The notes under the pieces: generated by a model | Seen by the model: the letters and a program-made list of their open reading frames with translations, nothing else | Databases searched by the model: none | What the model was told of the DNA's origin: nothing | In this document: piece after piece, positions 1 through 8,622 of the stretch | Layout: each line of letters starts with the position of its first letter | Position numbering within the stretch: position 1 is the first letter of the stretch | Assembly: GCA_023380475.1 (NCBI GenBank) | Contig: JAMCRD010000005.1 | Span: 16,087-80,086 of the forward strand | Direction: 5' to 3' | Source: Patescibacteria group bacterium | GTDB taxonomy: Bacteria > Patescibacteriota > Minisyncoccia > UBA6257 > Colwellbacteraceae | Length of the DNA stretch: 64,000 bases | Translations under genes and position numbers: made by a program

Positions 1-480
1 GTGTTTCTGGGACAGTACCTCGTTTATCTTTTGGCCATAGCATTCTTGTATTTGGTGATTAAAACCCCGCCAGGTCGGCGGCTGTATTTGTTTTCACTCG
101 CAACTCTCTCAGTCATCTTATCAGCGGGCATACTCAACCAGATAATCCAGTTCATTTCCCATAGGGCTGGGCCGTCTATAATATTATCCTTCACGCCATT
201 AATCAGCTCTGGCGCTAATTCAGTCTTCCCATCAGGATACATGGCCTTCCTGGTGCCTCTGGGCTTGGCCGTCTGGCAGTTTAGTCGTAAAAAAGGAGTC
301 TGGTTTATGGGACTCACCTTTGTAGCTGGCGTATTTATGGTTGTCGCTGGCGTCAATTGGCCTGGCGACATAGTTGTAGGTATGATTGTCGGCGTCGTAA
401 GTTTTACTTTAATCAGATTATTTTTTCGTGAGCAGGCGAGCACTCCCGCTTTTACCAGCAAGGACTCTCTGTTAGCATAA
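1..480 (+). CDS. PAP2-family membrane protein (undecaprenyl-pyrophosphate phosphatase-like), 5' partial, catalytic motifs degenerate
   Basis: Multi-TM protein with PAP2-like motifs HRAGP, FPSGY and MVVAGVNWPGD (canonical RxRP, FPSGH, SRxxxGxHxxxD). Confidence 0.7.
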   Translation: MFLGQYLVYLLAIAFLYLVIKTPPGRRLYLFSLATLSVILSAGILNQIIQFISHRAGPSIILSFTPLISSGANSVFPSGYMAFLVPLGLAVWQFSRKKGVWFMGLTFVAGVFMVVAGVNWPGDIVVGMIVGVVSFTLIRLFFREQASTPAFTSKDSLLA

Positions 481-555
481 ATATCCCTAGCTAAGAGATC
501 CTTATCCAGTATTCGGAGTTATTCACCTTTTCTTAGTGCTGGACAAGTTATTTTT

Positions 556-564
556 TGCTATAAT
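556..564 (+). promoter_or_regulatory. Extended -10 promoter (TGcTATAAT) for the small basic peptide gene
   Basis: TGCTATAAT about 80 nt upstream of ATG 643. Confidence 0.55.
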
Positions 565-642
565 TCAAAGTAATAATAAAAAACAGGTTTAGCAAAACTG
601 GTTCCCAGTAAAGGTCGAATCAAATTCTCAAATTGAGAACAA

Positions 643-720
643 ATGGCTAAGAAAGCAAAGAAAGCAAAGAAAGCAACCAAGAAAACCAAGAGAGCTGCCA
701 AGAGAGGCAAGAGAAGGTAA
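643..720 (+). CDS. 25-aa Lys/Arg/Ala-rich peptide MAKKAKKAKKATKKTKRAAKRGKRR (histone H1/protamine-like)
   Basis: Hand-translated ATG643..TAA720; has its own promoter, an AAAGGTCG leader motif and a terminator. Confidence 0.7.
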   Translation: MAKKAKKAKKATKKTKRAAKRGKRR

Positions 721-740
721 TATTCTTGGATCATGTTTGC

Positions 741-780
741 GACAAAGCCCGCTGTACAAGTGGGCTTTGTCTTTATTTAT
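741..780. terminator. Intrinsic terminator hairpin between the peptide gene and tRNA-Leu
   Basis: GACAAAGCCCGCT-gtaca-AGTGGGCTTTGTC followed by a T-rich tract. Confidence 0.7.
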
Positions 781-783
781 TTG

Positions 784-864
784 TGCCGGAGGAGGGACTT
801 GAACCCTCATGAGTTGCCTCATACGATTTTGAGTCGTACGCGTATGCCATTCCGCCACTCCGGC
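784..864 (-). tRNA. tRNA-Leu(CAA)
   Basis: GCCGGAG/CTCCGGC acceptor stem, anticodon arm TACGA-CTCAAAA-TCGTA, long variable arm, GGTTCAAGTCC T-arm. Confidence 0.95.
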
Positions 865-914
865 AGTTAACAAAATTGATGGTGCCATATTCTTGGGCTA
901 TAGTAAAGGCAGTA

Positions 915-1697
915 ATGGCCAGGGTTATAGCTATTTGTAATCAAAAAGGTGGTGTTGGCAAGACTACGACAGCAGTTAATCTCGGTGCCTATCTAGCAGC
1001 TCTCGGTCGGAAGGTCTTGTTGGTAGATTTCGATCCTCAAGCTAACGCCACCTCTAGTCTCACTGGAACAAGATCTGCTGTTAATACCATATACCATGGT
1101 CTCACTGGATCTATACCTTACACTCAGCTGGTCAGGCCAAGTGAGATTTTGAATTATTACTATATTCCTGCATCGGCCGATCTCTCCGGTGCCCTAGTTG
1201 AACTAGTTTCCATGCCGGGTAGAGAATACTATCTACGTAATTTTGTCCATAACTTACGGCAGCAATACGATTACATAATAATAGACCTGCCTCCTTCTTT
1301 AAGTTTGTTAACCCTGAATGGTCTTATCGCGGCCGATGAAGTTATTATTCCGGTGCAAGCGGAATATTACAGTCTTGAAGGATTGAGTGAACTTCTACAG
1401 ACGGTAGATCTATTGCGGGAACGTTTGCATCACCCCATTCGTGTTGCCGGGGCATTGGTGACCATGTATGATAGACGTGAACGTTTAGCACGGGAGGTGG
1501 CCAAAAATCTGCGAGCCCATTTCCCATACAAAGTGTTTAATACAGAAATACCACGGGCTGTATCACTGGCCGAGGCTCCGGGATTTGGGAAACCGATATT
1601 GATTTATGATCCCGAATCAGTCGGAGCTAACGCTTATCGTCGCTTGGCGGAAGAAGTGATAGCCCTAGAAAGTGAACTGCATAATCAAGTAACTTAA
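915..1697 (+). CDS. parA: ParA/Soj chromosome partitioning ATPase
   Basis: NQKGGVGKTT deviant Walker A, DFDPQAN, IIDLPP, PVQAEYY; start placed at ATG 915. Confidence 0.95.
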   Translation: MARVIAICNQKGGVGKTTTAVNLGAYLAALGRKVLLVDFDPQANATSSLTGTRSAVNTIYHGLTGSIPYTQLVRPSEILNYYYIPASADLSGALVELVSMPGREYYLRNFVHNLRQQYDYIIIDLPPSLSLLTLNGLIAADEVIIPVQAEYYSLEGLSELLQTVDLLRERLHHPIRVAGALVTMYDRRERLAREVAKNLRAHFPYKVFNTEIPRAVSLAEAPGFGKPILIYDPESVGANAYRRLAEEVIALESELHNQVT

Positions 1698-1701
1698 TCT
1701 C

Positions 1702-2697
1702 ATGTTAGGTAGGGGCCTAGAAGCACTTATTCCGCAAAATGGGCAAGGTAACGGTGATCCATCCGAACCGCATGATTTCGGGACGGGTGGCGATAGCCCA
1801 GCCGAGCCGATGGATAAAGGCGACCTTGTTGTAGGCCACTCTGAGCCAAAGTTGCCAACACCGATTGAATCGGTGTTCCAGATAGAAGTTGATCATATCA
1901 CCCCTAATCCCCAGCAGCCACGGCGGCAATTTAACCCCGAGGCTCTTAAGGAATTAGCTGAATCGATACGTGAGTTCGGCGTCCTCCAACCGCTCATCGT
2001 TACCAAGATAGAAAAAGAAACGGAAGAGGGGACAACCGTTAGCTATGAACTGATAGCTGGTGAACGCAGGCTGCTGGCAGCTAGAATATCTGGTTTGCGT
2101 ACCGTGCCGGCTATAATACGCCGCACCTCGCTGGACCGTGATAAGTTGGAACTGGCGGTAATCGAAAATATCCAGCGTGAAAATCTTAATCCAATAGAAG
2201 AAGCTAGGGCTTACTCACGCCTACAGGACGAATTTAAGCTGACCCAACGTGAGATAGCTTCACGGTTAGGCAAGAGCCGCGAGGTTGTGGCCAACCGGAT
2301 GCGTCTGCTGAACCTGCCTTCAGAAATTCAGGAGGCGATCGCCTCCGGCAGGGTTAGTGAGAGCCAGGCTAGATTACTGCTGTCGGTCGATGACATAGCC
2401 AGACAAAGACAGCTGTTCTCCGAACTGATGCGCAGCGAGATGAGTGTTCGCGAGCTAAAGGCGAAGGTTTCAGGAACAAGAGTCGCCAAAGATGTCAGTC
2501 ACGAGGAGAGCGGACCGGTGTTCTTAGACCCAGAGACAGAAGCGATGAAAGAGCAACTCGAGGAATTCTTGGGTACGGAGGTTGATCTTAACCGCAAAGG
2601 TGGCAGTGGTAAAATAAGCATCAATTTTTACTCGGCTGAAGAGCTGAACGGTATACTGAGCAAGATCCTTAAACAGGACGATGCTCAATCTCTTTAA
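1702..2697 (+). CDS. parB: ParB/Spo0J partition protein
   Basis: PNPQQPRRQF, GVLQP, IAGERR arginine patch, ENIQRENLNPIEEA, HTH; follows parA. Confidence 0.95.
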   Translation: MLGRGLEALIPQNGQGNGDPSEPHDFGTGGDSPAEPMDKGDLVVGHSEPKLPTPIESVFQIEVDHITPNPQQPRRQFNPEALKELAESIREFGVLQPLIVTKIEKETEEGTTVSYELIAGERRLLAARISGLRTVPAIIRRTSLDRDKLELAVIENIQRENLNPIEEARAYSRLQDEFKLTQREIASRLGKSREVVANRMRLLNLPSEIQEAIASGRVSESQARLLLSVDDIARQRQLFSELMRSEMSVRELKAKVSGTRVAKDVSHEESGPVFLDPETEAMKEQLEEFLGTEVDLNRKGGSGKISINFYSAEELNGILSKILKQDDAQSL

Positions 2698-4351
2698 TTT
2701 GTCTTATCTTCTTCAATTTAAGAACGAGCTTTGACATTTTGTCTCGGTCAGCTGTATCGCAGATTATCTTCATGGTACTGAAGCGTCCACCCTTTTCTTT
2801 ATTGGATTGAATTTGCAGGATATTGATATGTGACCTGGAAATAGTTGCTGTTATGTCTTTGTAGATACCAATACCTTCCTCAACCACTATTTTAAGTTCC
2901 GATTTTGGGTTCTCTTGAAGCATGCCCCCTCTACGCTCCTTTAGAGCCGCCCTTATTTTCTTCTTGGTGAATCCGCCGACAACGAAGTTCAGCCAAGAAG
3001 GAGATGGTTTTTTGCCCTTCTGGGTTATTATTTCCACTATGTCCTGTGACTGCAGCTTGTAGTCCAACGGGACTATCTTGCCGTTGACTTTGGCTCCGCT
3101 GCATTGATTGCCCAAGTCGGTGTGAATCATGTAAGCAAAGTCAACGGGCGTCGCCCCGCGAGGCAGGTCAATGACCTCACCACGGGGGGTTATCACAAAT
3201 ATTCTGTCTTTGAAGAAGTCTATCTTGAGTGATTCCATGAACTCCTTCGGATCTGTGAATTCTCCTTGCCAGCTGCGAAGTTGCTGAACCCATCGTAGTT
3301 CCTTGGCATCGGCGAAGCTAGTACGCTTTTCGTTTTTGCCTTTGGTCTGATCATACGCCCAGTGGGCGGCTATGCCGTTCTCGGCCTGATCATGCATCTC
3401 CTGTGTTCGTATCTGGAACTCGACGAATCTCCCTTCATCAGCTATGACCGTGGTGTGCAAACTGCGGTAGCCGTTAGGTTTGGGGGTGGCGATATAATCT
3501 TTAATGCGTCCGGGCACCGGCGGCCAGATTTTGTGGATTATACCCAGTGTCTCATAACATTCGCCGATGCTGCTGACTATTATCCTGAAAGCAACAAGAT
3601 CGTATATCTTGTCCAAGTCCGTGCCGTAACGCTGCAGTTTTTTGTAGAGGCTGGCGTAGCGTTTTGCTCTGAAGTCTATCTGGATCGGTTTTATGCCCGC
3701 CTCCCGCAAGGCCCTTTCCACCTTGGGTCGAATAGACCGCAGGTACTTGTCGCGGTCTTCGTATCTGTCTCGGACGTGTTCAATCAGCCAGCGATACTCT
3801 TCGGGATGGGTGTAAGGAAAGGCAAGATCTTCTAGTTCTCCTGATAGATTTTGCATCCCCAGCCGGTAGGCTAAAGGAGCATAGATTTCAGCTGTCTCTT
3901 CAGCGACCCTTTTTTGCTTCTGAGGGGGTAGGGCCGATAGAGTCAGCATGTTGTGGCGGCGATCAGCCAACTTTATAAGTATGACCCTTATATCCTCAGC
4001 CATTGCCAGAATCATTCGCCGTATATTGTTAACTTGCTCGGCTTCGCCGCGATATTTGACGTGGCCGAGTTTGGTGACACCTTCCACCAAGAAGCGTACA
4101 TCGCTGCCAAACTTCCGTTCTATTTCTTCAGGTGTTTCGGGTGTATCTTCGATAACGTCATGTAGCAAGCCGGCGGTTACCGTTACCTCATCCATGCCTG
4201 CCTTGGCCAAGTATTCAGCTACGGCCACCGGGTGGCTGAAGTACGACTCGCCGCTAACGCGCTTCTGATTGGCATGCGCTGTCTTGCTGAAGTCGTAGGC
4301 TCGGCCGATAAGGCTTGATTTGTCCTGGATAGTTTTTGCGAAGTTTATCAA
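2669..4351 (-). CDS. relA: RelA/SpoT (p)ppGpp synthetase/hydrolase (HD, synthetase, TGS, ACT)
   Basis: AHANQKRVSGESY, LLHDVIED, IKLADR, KDYIATPKPNGYRSLHT, EFQIRT, ATPVDFAY. Confidence 0.93.
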   Translation of the reverse strand: MINFAKTIQDKSSLIGRAYDFSKTAHANQKRVSGESYFSHPVAVAEYLAKAGMDEVTVTAGLLHDVIEDTPETPEEIERKFGSDVRFLVEGVTKLGHVKYRGEAEQVNNIRRMILAMAEDIRVILIKLADRRHNMLTLSALPPQKQKRVAEETAEIYAPLAYRLGMQNLSGELEDLAFPYTHPEEYRWLIEHVRDRYEDRDKYLRSIRPKVERALREAGIKPIQIDFRAKRYASLYKKLQRYGTDLDKIYDLVAFRIIVSSIGECYETLGIIHKIWPPVPGRIKDYIATPKPNGYRSLHTTVIADEGRFVEFQIRTQEMHDQAENGIAAHWAYDQTKGKNEKRTSFADAKELRWVQQLRSWQGEFTDPKEFMESLKIDFFKDRIFVITPRGEVIDLPRGATPVDFAYMIHTDLGNQCSGAKVNGKIVPLDYKLQSQDIVEIITQKGKKPSPSWLNFVVGGFTKKKIRAALKERRGGMLQENPKSELKIVVEEGIGIYKDITATISRSHINILQIQSNKEKGGRFSTMKIICDTADRDKMSKLVLKLKKIRQIKEIEHRPV

Positions 4352-4363
4352 TGCACCTCCTTT

Positions 4364-6604
4364 TTATTCCCTTTGGGAATCTTTGTCCAGATTGGTTTTG
4401 ATCCTGGCTTTTTTAGTTTTAGGCGGGTTGGCCTTCCAGTTAACGTAGGCCTCGTCGAGTTCGGCTTGAGTTTCCGGTTTCTTGTTCATCACGAAGTTGC
4501 ACTCTGGAAATCTGGTGCAGGCATAAAACGGTTTGCCTCTGCCCCGTCCGCGCTTTTCGACGATATCGCCGGGATTGTCCTTGCGCTCAGGCGATGTCAT
4601 ACAGTTGGGACATTTAAATCCAGTTTTATTCCATATTTTTTTAACTCCCTTGCACTTAGGATAATCGGTGCATCCCAAGAAGTATCCGAAGCGGCCTCGT
4701 TTAATTTCCATCGGTTTGCCACATATCGGGCACAATTCGCCTTTGGTCTTTTCTTGAAGCTCTTTGATTTTAGCTGCCTCTTCGGGAAGGGGCATGGTCA
4801 CTTTAGATTCGGGGTCTGGACAAGCCAAGAATTTCCCCATCCGCCCGAACTTGATAAGCATCAGCTTGCCACAATGAGGACAGGGAACGTCCGATACCTC
4901 GACTCGTTTCTCGACGCTGGCCTCACGTTCTTCAAGATGCTTCTTGAAGGGCTTGTAGAATTCACTGCAGACCGTCGTCCATTTGGTTTTGCCGTCGGCT
5001 ATTTCATCCAGTTCTTCCTCGATGTGTGAGGTAAAATTGATATCGACGATTTCCGGGAAATTTTCTACCAGCATGTCGTTGACGATTGTCCCTATCTCTG
5101 TGGGGTGATACTTCTTATCTATCTTTTCGACATAGTCCCTGCTTTGGATAGTGGACAAAGTCGGGGCATAGGTCGACGGCCGTCCCACGCCATAACTCTC
5201 TAGGGCTTTGATTAGCGTAGCGTCAGTATATCGTGGGGGTGGTTCGGTAAAGTGCTGTGAGGGTAGGATCTCTACAGATTTGACCTTGTCCCCGGTCGCG
5301 AGTTTCGGCAAGACCATTTCCTCTTCTTCGCCTCCCGGTTCATCGCGGCCCTCCGTGTAGACCCTTATGAAACCATCGAAGATTATTACTTGGCCACTGG
5401 CCCTGAATACAAATCTTTTGTCTCCGGATTGGATATCGGCCGAAGTTTGTTCCAAAGCTGCGGATTGCATTTGGGAAGCAATAGTCCGTTTCCAGATCAG
5501 GTCGTACAGCCGTTTCTGTCCTCGGTCCGATAATTCGAAGCTGTCTCCGACTTTTTTGCTTATATCGGTGGGGCGGATAGCTTCATGGGCTTCTTGGGCG
5601 CCTTTGGATTTGTTGGTGAAGTAACGAGGGACGTTTAAGGCATATTTATCTCCGAACTGCTCCTTGATAACTTCCTGGGCTTGAGCCAAGGCGCTACTCG
5701 CAAGATTTAGACTATCCGTGCGCATGTAAGTGATGTACCCATTTTCATACAGCTGCTGGGCTACGGTCATGGTCTGTTTGGCCGAGAATCCCAACTTGCG
5801 CGCAGCTTCCTGTTGCAGGGTGGAAGTTGTGAAAGGCGGCGCCGGATTCCTGGAAAGCTGTTTGATCGCAACCTCACCTACGCTATAGGTAGCGCCATCC
5901 AGTTCAGAGAGTATCCCCCTAGCCGCACTTTCATCTGGGACACCCATTTTGCCGAGTGGCTTACCATCTACCGCATAAAGTTTGGCCTGGAATTCTTGTT
6001 TATCCTTTCGGAACGTGCCTTCGATTGACCAATATTCATCTTTGCGAAAAGATTGGATTTCCCTTTCTCGTTCTACTATCAGACGTACGGCCACGCTTTG
6101 AACCCGCCCGGCCGATAAGCCGTAACGTATCTTCCGCCACAAGAAAGGGGATAGTTCGTAGCCGACCAGCCTGTCCAAAACCCTTCTGGCTTGCTGGGCA
6201 TCAACCAGGTTTAGATCTATGTCGCGGGGGTGCTCCAAAGCCGCGAGAATCGCATCTCTGGTTATTTCGTGGAACACGATGCGCTCCGTTTCTTTTTTAC
6301 TGTCCCCAAGGTCCAATGCCGTCACAAGGTGCCAAGCAATAGCCTCACCTTCGCGGTCTTCATCTGTGGCCAGTATGACCCGTGACGATCTCTTAGCCAG
6401 TTTCTTGAGGTTGTCTACGACCGGCTTGGCTTTTGGGGGTATGACGTACTGCGGTTCGAAATTGTGCTCGATATCTATGCCTATCTTGCTTTTAGGCAGA
6501 TCGCGGATATGACCGTAGGATGATTCAACTTTGAAATCTGTGCCCAAAAATCGGCCGATGGTTTTGGCCTTGGTAGGTGATTCTACAATTACTAAAGTTT
6601 TCAT
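4364..6604 (-). CDS. topA: DNA topoisomerase I with C-terminal zinc ribbons
   Basis: LVIVESPTKAKTI, ATDEDREGEAIAWH, SAGRVQS, ITYMRTDS, CPxC repeats. Confidence 0.97.
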   Translation of the reverse strand: MKTLVIVESPTKAKTIGRFLGTDFKVESSYGHIRDLPKSKIGIDIEHNFEPQYVIPPKAKPVVDNLKKLAKRSSRVILATDEDREGEAIAWHLVTALDLGDSKKETERIVFHEITRDAILAALEHPRDIDLNLVDAQQARRVLDRLVGYELSPFLWRKIRYGLSAGRVQSVAVRLIVEREREIQSFRKDEYWSIEGTFRKDKQEFQAKLYAVDGKPLGKMGVPDESAARGILSELDGATYSVGEVAIKQLSRNPAPPFTTSTLQQEAARKLGFSAKQTMTVAQQLYENGYITYMRTDSLNLASSALAQAQEVIKEQFGDKYALNVPRYFTNKSKGAQEAHEAIRPTDISKKVGDSFELSDRGQKRLYDLIWKRTIASQMQSAALEQTSADIQSGDKRFVFRASGQVIIFDGFIRVYTEGRDEPGGEEEEMVLPKLATGDKVKSVEILPSQHFTEPPPRYTDATLIKALESYGVGRPSTYAPTLSTIQSRDYVEKIDKKYHPTEIGTIVNDMLVENFPEIVDINFTSHIEEELDEIADGKTKWTTVCSEFYKPFKKHLEEREASVEKRVEVSDVPCPHCGKLMLIKFGRMGKFLACPDPESKVTMPLPEEAAKIKELQEKTKGELCPICGKPMEIKRGRFGYFLGCTDYPKCKGVKKIWNKTGFKCPNCMTSPERKDNPGDIVEKRGRGRGKPFYACTRFPECNFVMNKKPETQAELDEAYVNWKANPPKTKKARIKTNLDKDSQRE

Positions 6605-6740
6605 AACTAACGTCTTGCCTTCAACGGCTTAACTTTTGAACTCAAATACTAGTTAGTTCACGGAAATTGTCAATTCTCACATGAGCTGAGGTCCGGTCAC
6701 TTTCCCAAACTGCTCAATCTTATTATACTTAATAGTAATA

Positions 6741-7271
6741 ATGCCACGAGAATTCAAGGTCAAGTTTGCGCTTAGTGTGGGAATAACTCTGGCTTTGCTA
6801 GCAGTGATCGTCATCGCCATGCTTTATATTCACGGTGACCTGTCCAATAACTCTGCCGCCATAGCGCAAATAAACCAGGCTATAGCCAGCAAGGACAACA
6901 CCCTTAAGAACCTTAACTTGCTTGAGCAGCAGCAGCCGCTGGCCGCTCCGCTGCTCGCTAAAATGGACGCGGCCGTACCTAGCCAGGATATGCTCTTTAC
7001 GCTTCAGCAGAATATGCAGGCTATGGCCAAGAGTGATAATCTATCTTTCAGTTCGCAGTTTGGGTCGCAGACTCCCAGTACGAATAGCACGCCGGGGTAT
7101 GTTGCCATCTCTATGACGGTACAGGGTAGCTACAGCAGTATCCTAGCCTTCCTTGAAGGTATCGAGGGCAGCACCGGCTTCGTGAGCGTATCGGGGGTGG
7201 ATATAACTCAACAATCTTCCAGTAACAATTTCAATGCTATCATAAGTGGTAACATACCCTTCCATGATTAA
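6741..7271 (+). CDS. PilO-like type IV pilus assembly protein (outside the main pilus locus)
   Basis: N-terminal TM, coiled coil, ISMTVQGSYSSILAFLEGIE ferredoxin-like PilO signature. Confidence 0.7.
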   Translation: MPREFKVKFALSVGITLALLAVIVIAMLYIHGDLSNNSAAIAQINQAIASKDNTLKNLNLLEQQQPLAAPLLAKMDAAVPSQDMLFTLQQNMQAMAKSDNLSFSSQFGSQTPSTNSTPGYVAISMTVQGSYSSILAFLEGIEGSTGFVSVSGVDITQQSSSNNFNAIISGNIPFHD

Positions 7272-7461
7272 ACGAAGCTTCGACAGATTAGAGATGTGGG
7301 TTATAAGCGGTGTAGTTATTACGCTTGTTATCACTTTGGCTGTCGTTTTTTACTCTATCAATGTTGTGAGTGGCGATCTTTACGACGCTTTTTCTCCGGC
7401 ACAATCTCCCACGCCCGCGATCAGCTTCAATATAAACGGCTACAATTCTTTGGGACTGTAA
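7264..7461 (+). CDS. Small single-TM membrane protein
   Basis: ATG overlaps the end of the upstream gene; one hydrophobic helix. Confidence 0.6.
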   Translation: MIKRSFDRLEMWVISGVVITLVITLAVVFYSINVVSGDLYDAFSPAQSPTPAISFNINGYNSLGL

Positions 7462-7534
7462 GACTTGTCTAGTTGTTACTAAAGTTGTACGCTAGGGCAG
7501 TGTCTACCTAGGATTGTTGGTGACTTTAGTGATT

Positions 7535-7858
7535 ATGAAAGCTGGGCTAAGACAAGAAGCAATTGAATTACGTACGGGGGATAGATTAAGCTACAGTGAG
7601 ATTCAGAGAAGACTTAATGTTCCCAAAAGCACCCTAAGCTATTGGCTAAGAGAATATCCTCTAGATGAGGCGGAAATCGTAAAATTGCGCCATCGTGCCT
7701 GGCTTAAAGGAGAAACAAGTCGCGAGCGTTTTAGGAATGCGATGCAAAGAAAACGAGAGCAATTGGAGCAAGAAGCATATTATCAGCAAAGAAAAAGGTT
7801 AATTGGTATTAAAAAAGAAAGATTTGTAACAAAAAACGCGCGCGTAGTTCAGTGGTAG
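7535..7858 (+). pseudogene. HTH protein, apparently C-terminally truncated and running into tRNA-Ile
   Basis: LSYSEIQRRLNVPKSTLSYWL helix-turn-helix; stop codon lies in the tRNA-Ile D-loop. Confidence 0.55.
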
Positions 7859-7909
7859 AACGCCATACTGATAATGTGGAAGTCGTAGGTTCGATTCCTA
7901 CCGCGCGCA
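7838..7909 (+). tRNA. tRNA-Ile(GAT)
   Basis: GCGCGCG/CGCGCGC acceptor, CCATA-CTGATAA-TGTGG anticodon arm, GGTTCGATTCC. Confidence 0.95.
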
Positions 7910-7934
7910 CCGGGATCGTTTTTAAATTGGAAGA

Positions 7935-8009
7935 GCGCGATTAGCTCAGTGGTGGAGCGCGTCGTTGACATCGACGAGGTCGCAGGTTCGATCCCTGCAT
8001 CGCGCACCA
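7935..8009 (+). tRNA. tRNA-Val(GAC)
   Basis: GCGCGAT/ATCGCGC acceptor, CGTCG-TTGACAT-CGACG anticodon arm, encoded CCA. Confidence 0.95.
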
Positions 8010-8130
8010 AAATCAGACTTTCATCAATTTGACCTATTTTTTCACGCGCGGCACGCAGTGCCGCGTAAGGTTTGATGGGGCTAAATTCGATACGGCGGTT
8101 TTTTAACGATAGGTTCGAGCCGAAGATTTT
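8010..8130 (-). pseudogene. C-terminal remnant of a tRNA-targeting site-specific recombinase
   Basis: Minus-strand frame KIFGSNLSLKNRRIEFSPIKPYAALRAAREKIGQIDESLIL reads into the tRNA-Val 3' end; family call from recalled similarity. Confidence 0.5.
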
Positions 8131-8325
8131 GAAACTTCCGGACTTGAGGGCGATATATCCCAGCTATGTCGAATAAGTCCGGAATCTTAAGACTCTCTCT
8201 AGAGCTCTGATCTTTGGCGTTCCTTTGGAGGAGTTACTGTTTACTTTTGCCATAGGCTTCTTCTGGTCGGCGTGTACGAATATGCAACATCTCGTAAGCT
8301 ATCTCCTTGAGCGTATAATGTAAGC

Positions 8326-8601
8326 ATGATAAAGATCGAGGGCAGGGATATCTGGCGCGATGGTTCGAAAGTGGGCTGGATCGAGGGTGACTACGTACGC
8401 GCCAGCGACGGTAGCCGACTAGGTTACTTCGACAGTCACTACATCTATAATTCGAGTGGTAGCAAGGTTGCCTATGTCCAAGGGGCTTACCTGTGTTCGA
8501 ACACCGAAGACAAAAAGATCCCGCTGGATAAAGTGAATGAGCAGGTGAGCGGTGGCATGATCTCTGATATTGCCAGATGTGCTGTTTATGTATTGCTTTA
8601 A
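8326..8601 (+). CDS. Small beta-repeat protein (beta-flower-like)
   Basis: Repeated xxxxxG-x-[KR]-[VL]-G-[WY] units; TATAAT 6 nt upstream of the ATG. Confidence 0.7.
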   Translation: MIKIEGRDIWRDGSKVGWIEGDYVRASDGSRLGYFDSHYIYNSSGSKVAYVQGAYLCSNTEDKKIPLDKVNEQVSGGMISDIARCAVYVLL

Positions 8602-8622
8602 ATAAAGATCTACCAGCTAAAA

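Noticed and set aside
500-550. DnaA-box-like 9-mers (TTATCCAGT, TTATTCACC) near parAB suggesting oriC
   Set aside because: Only two imperfect boxes and no dnaA/dnaN in the window
628-888. 86-aa minus-strand ORF
   Set aside because: It spans tRNA-Leu and the antisense of the basic peptide gene; its FLC repeats are just the reverse complement of KKA codons
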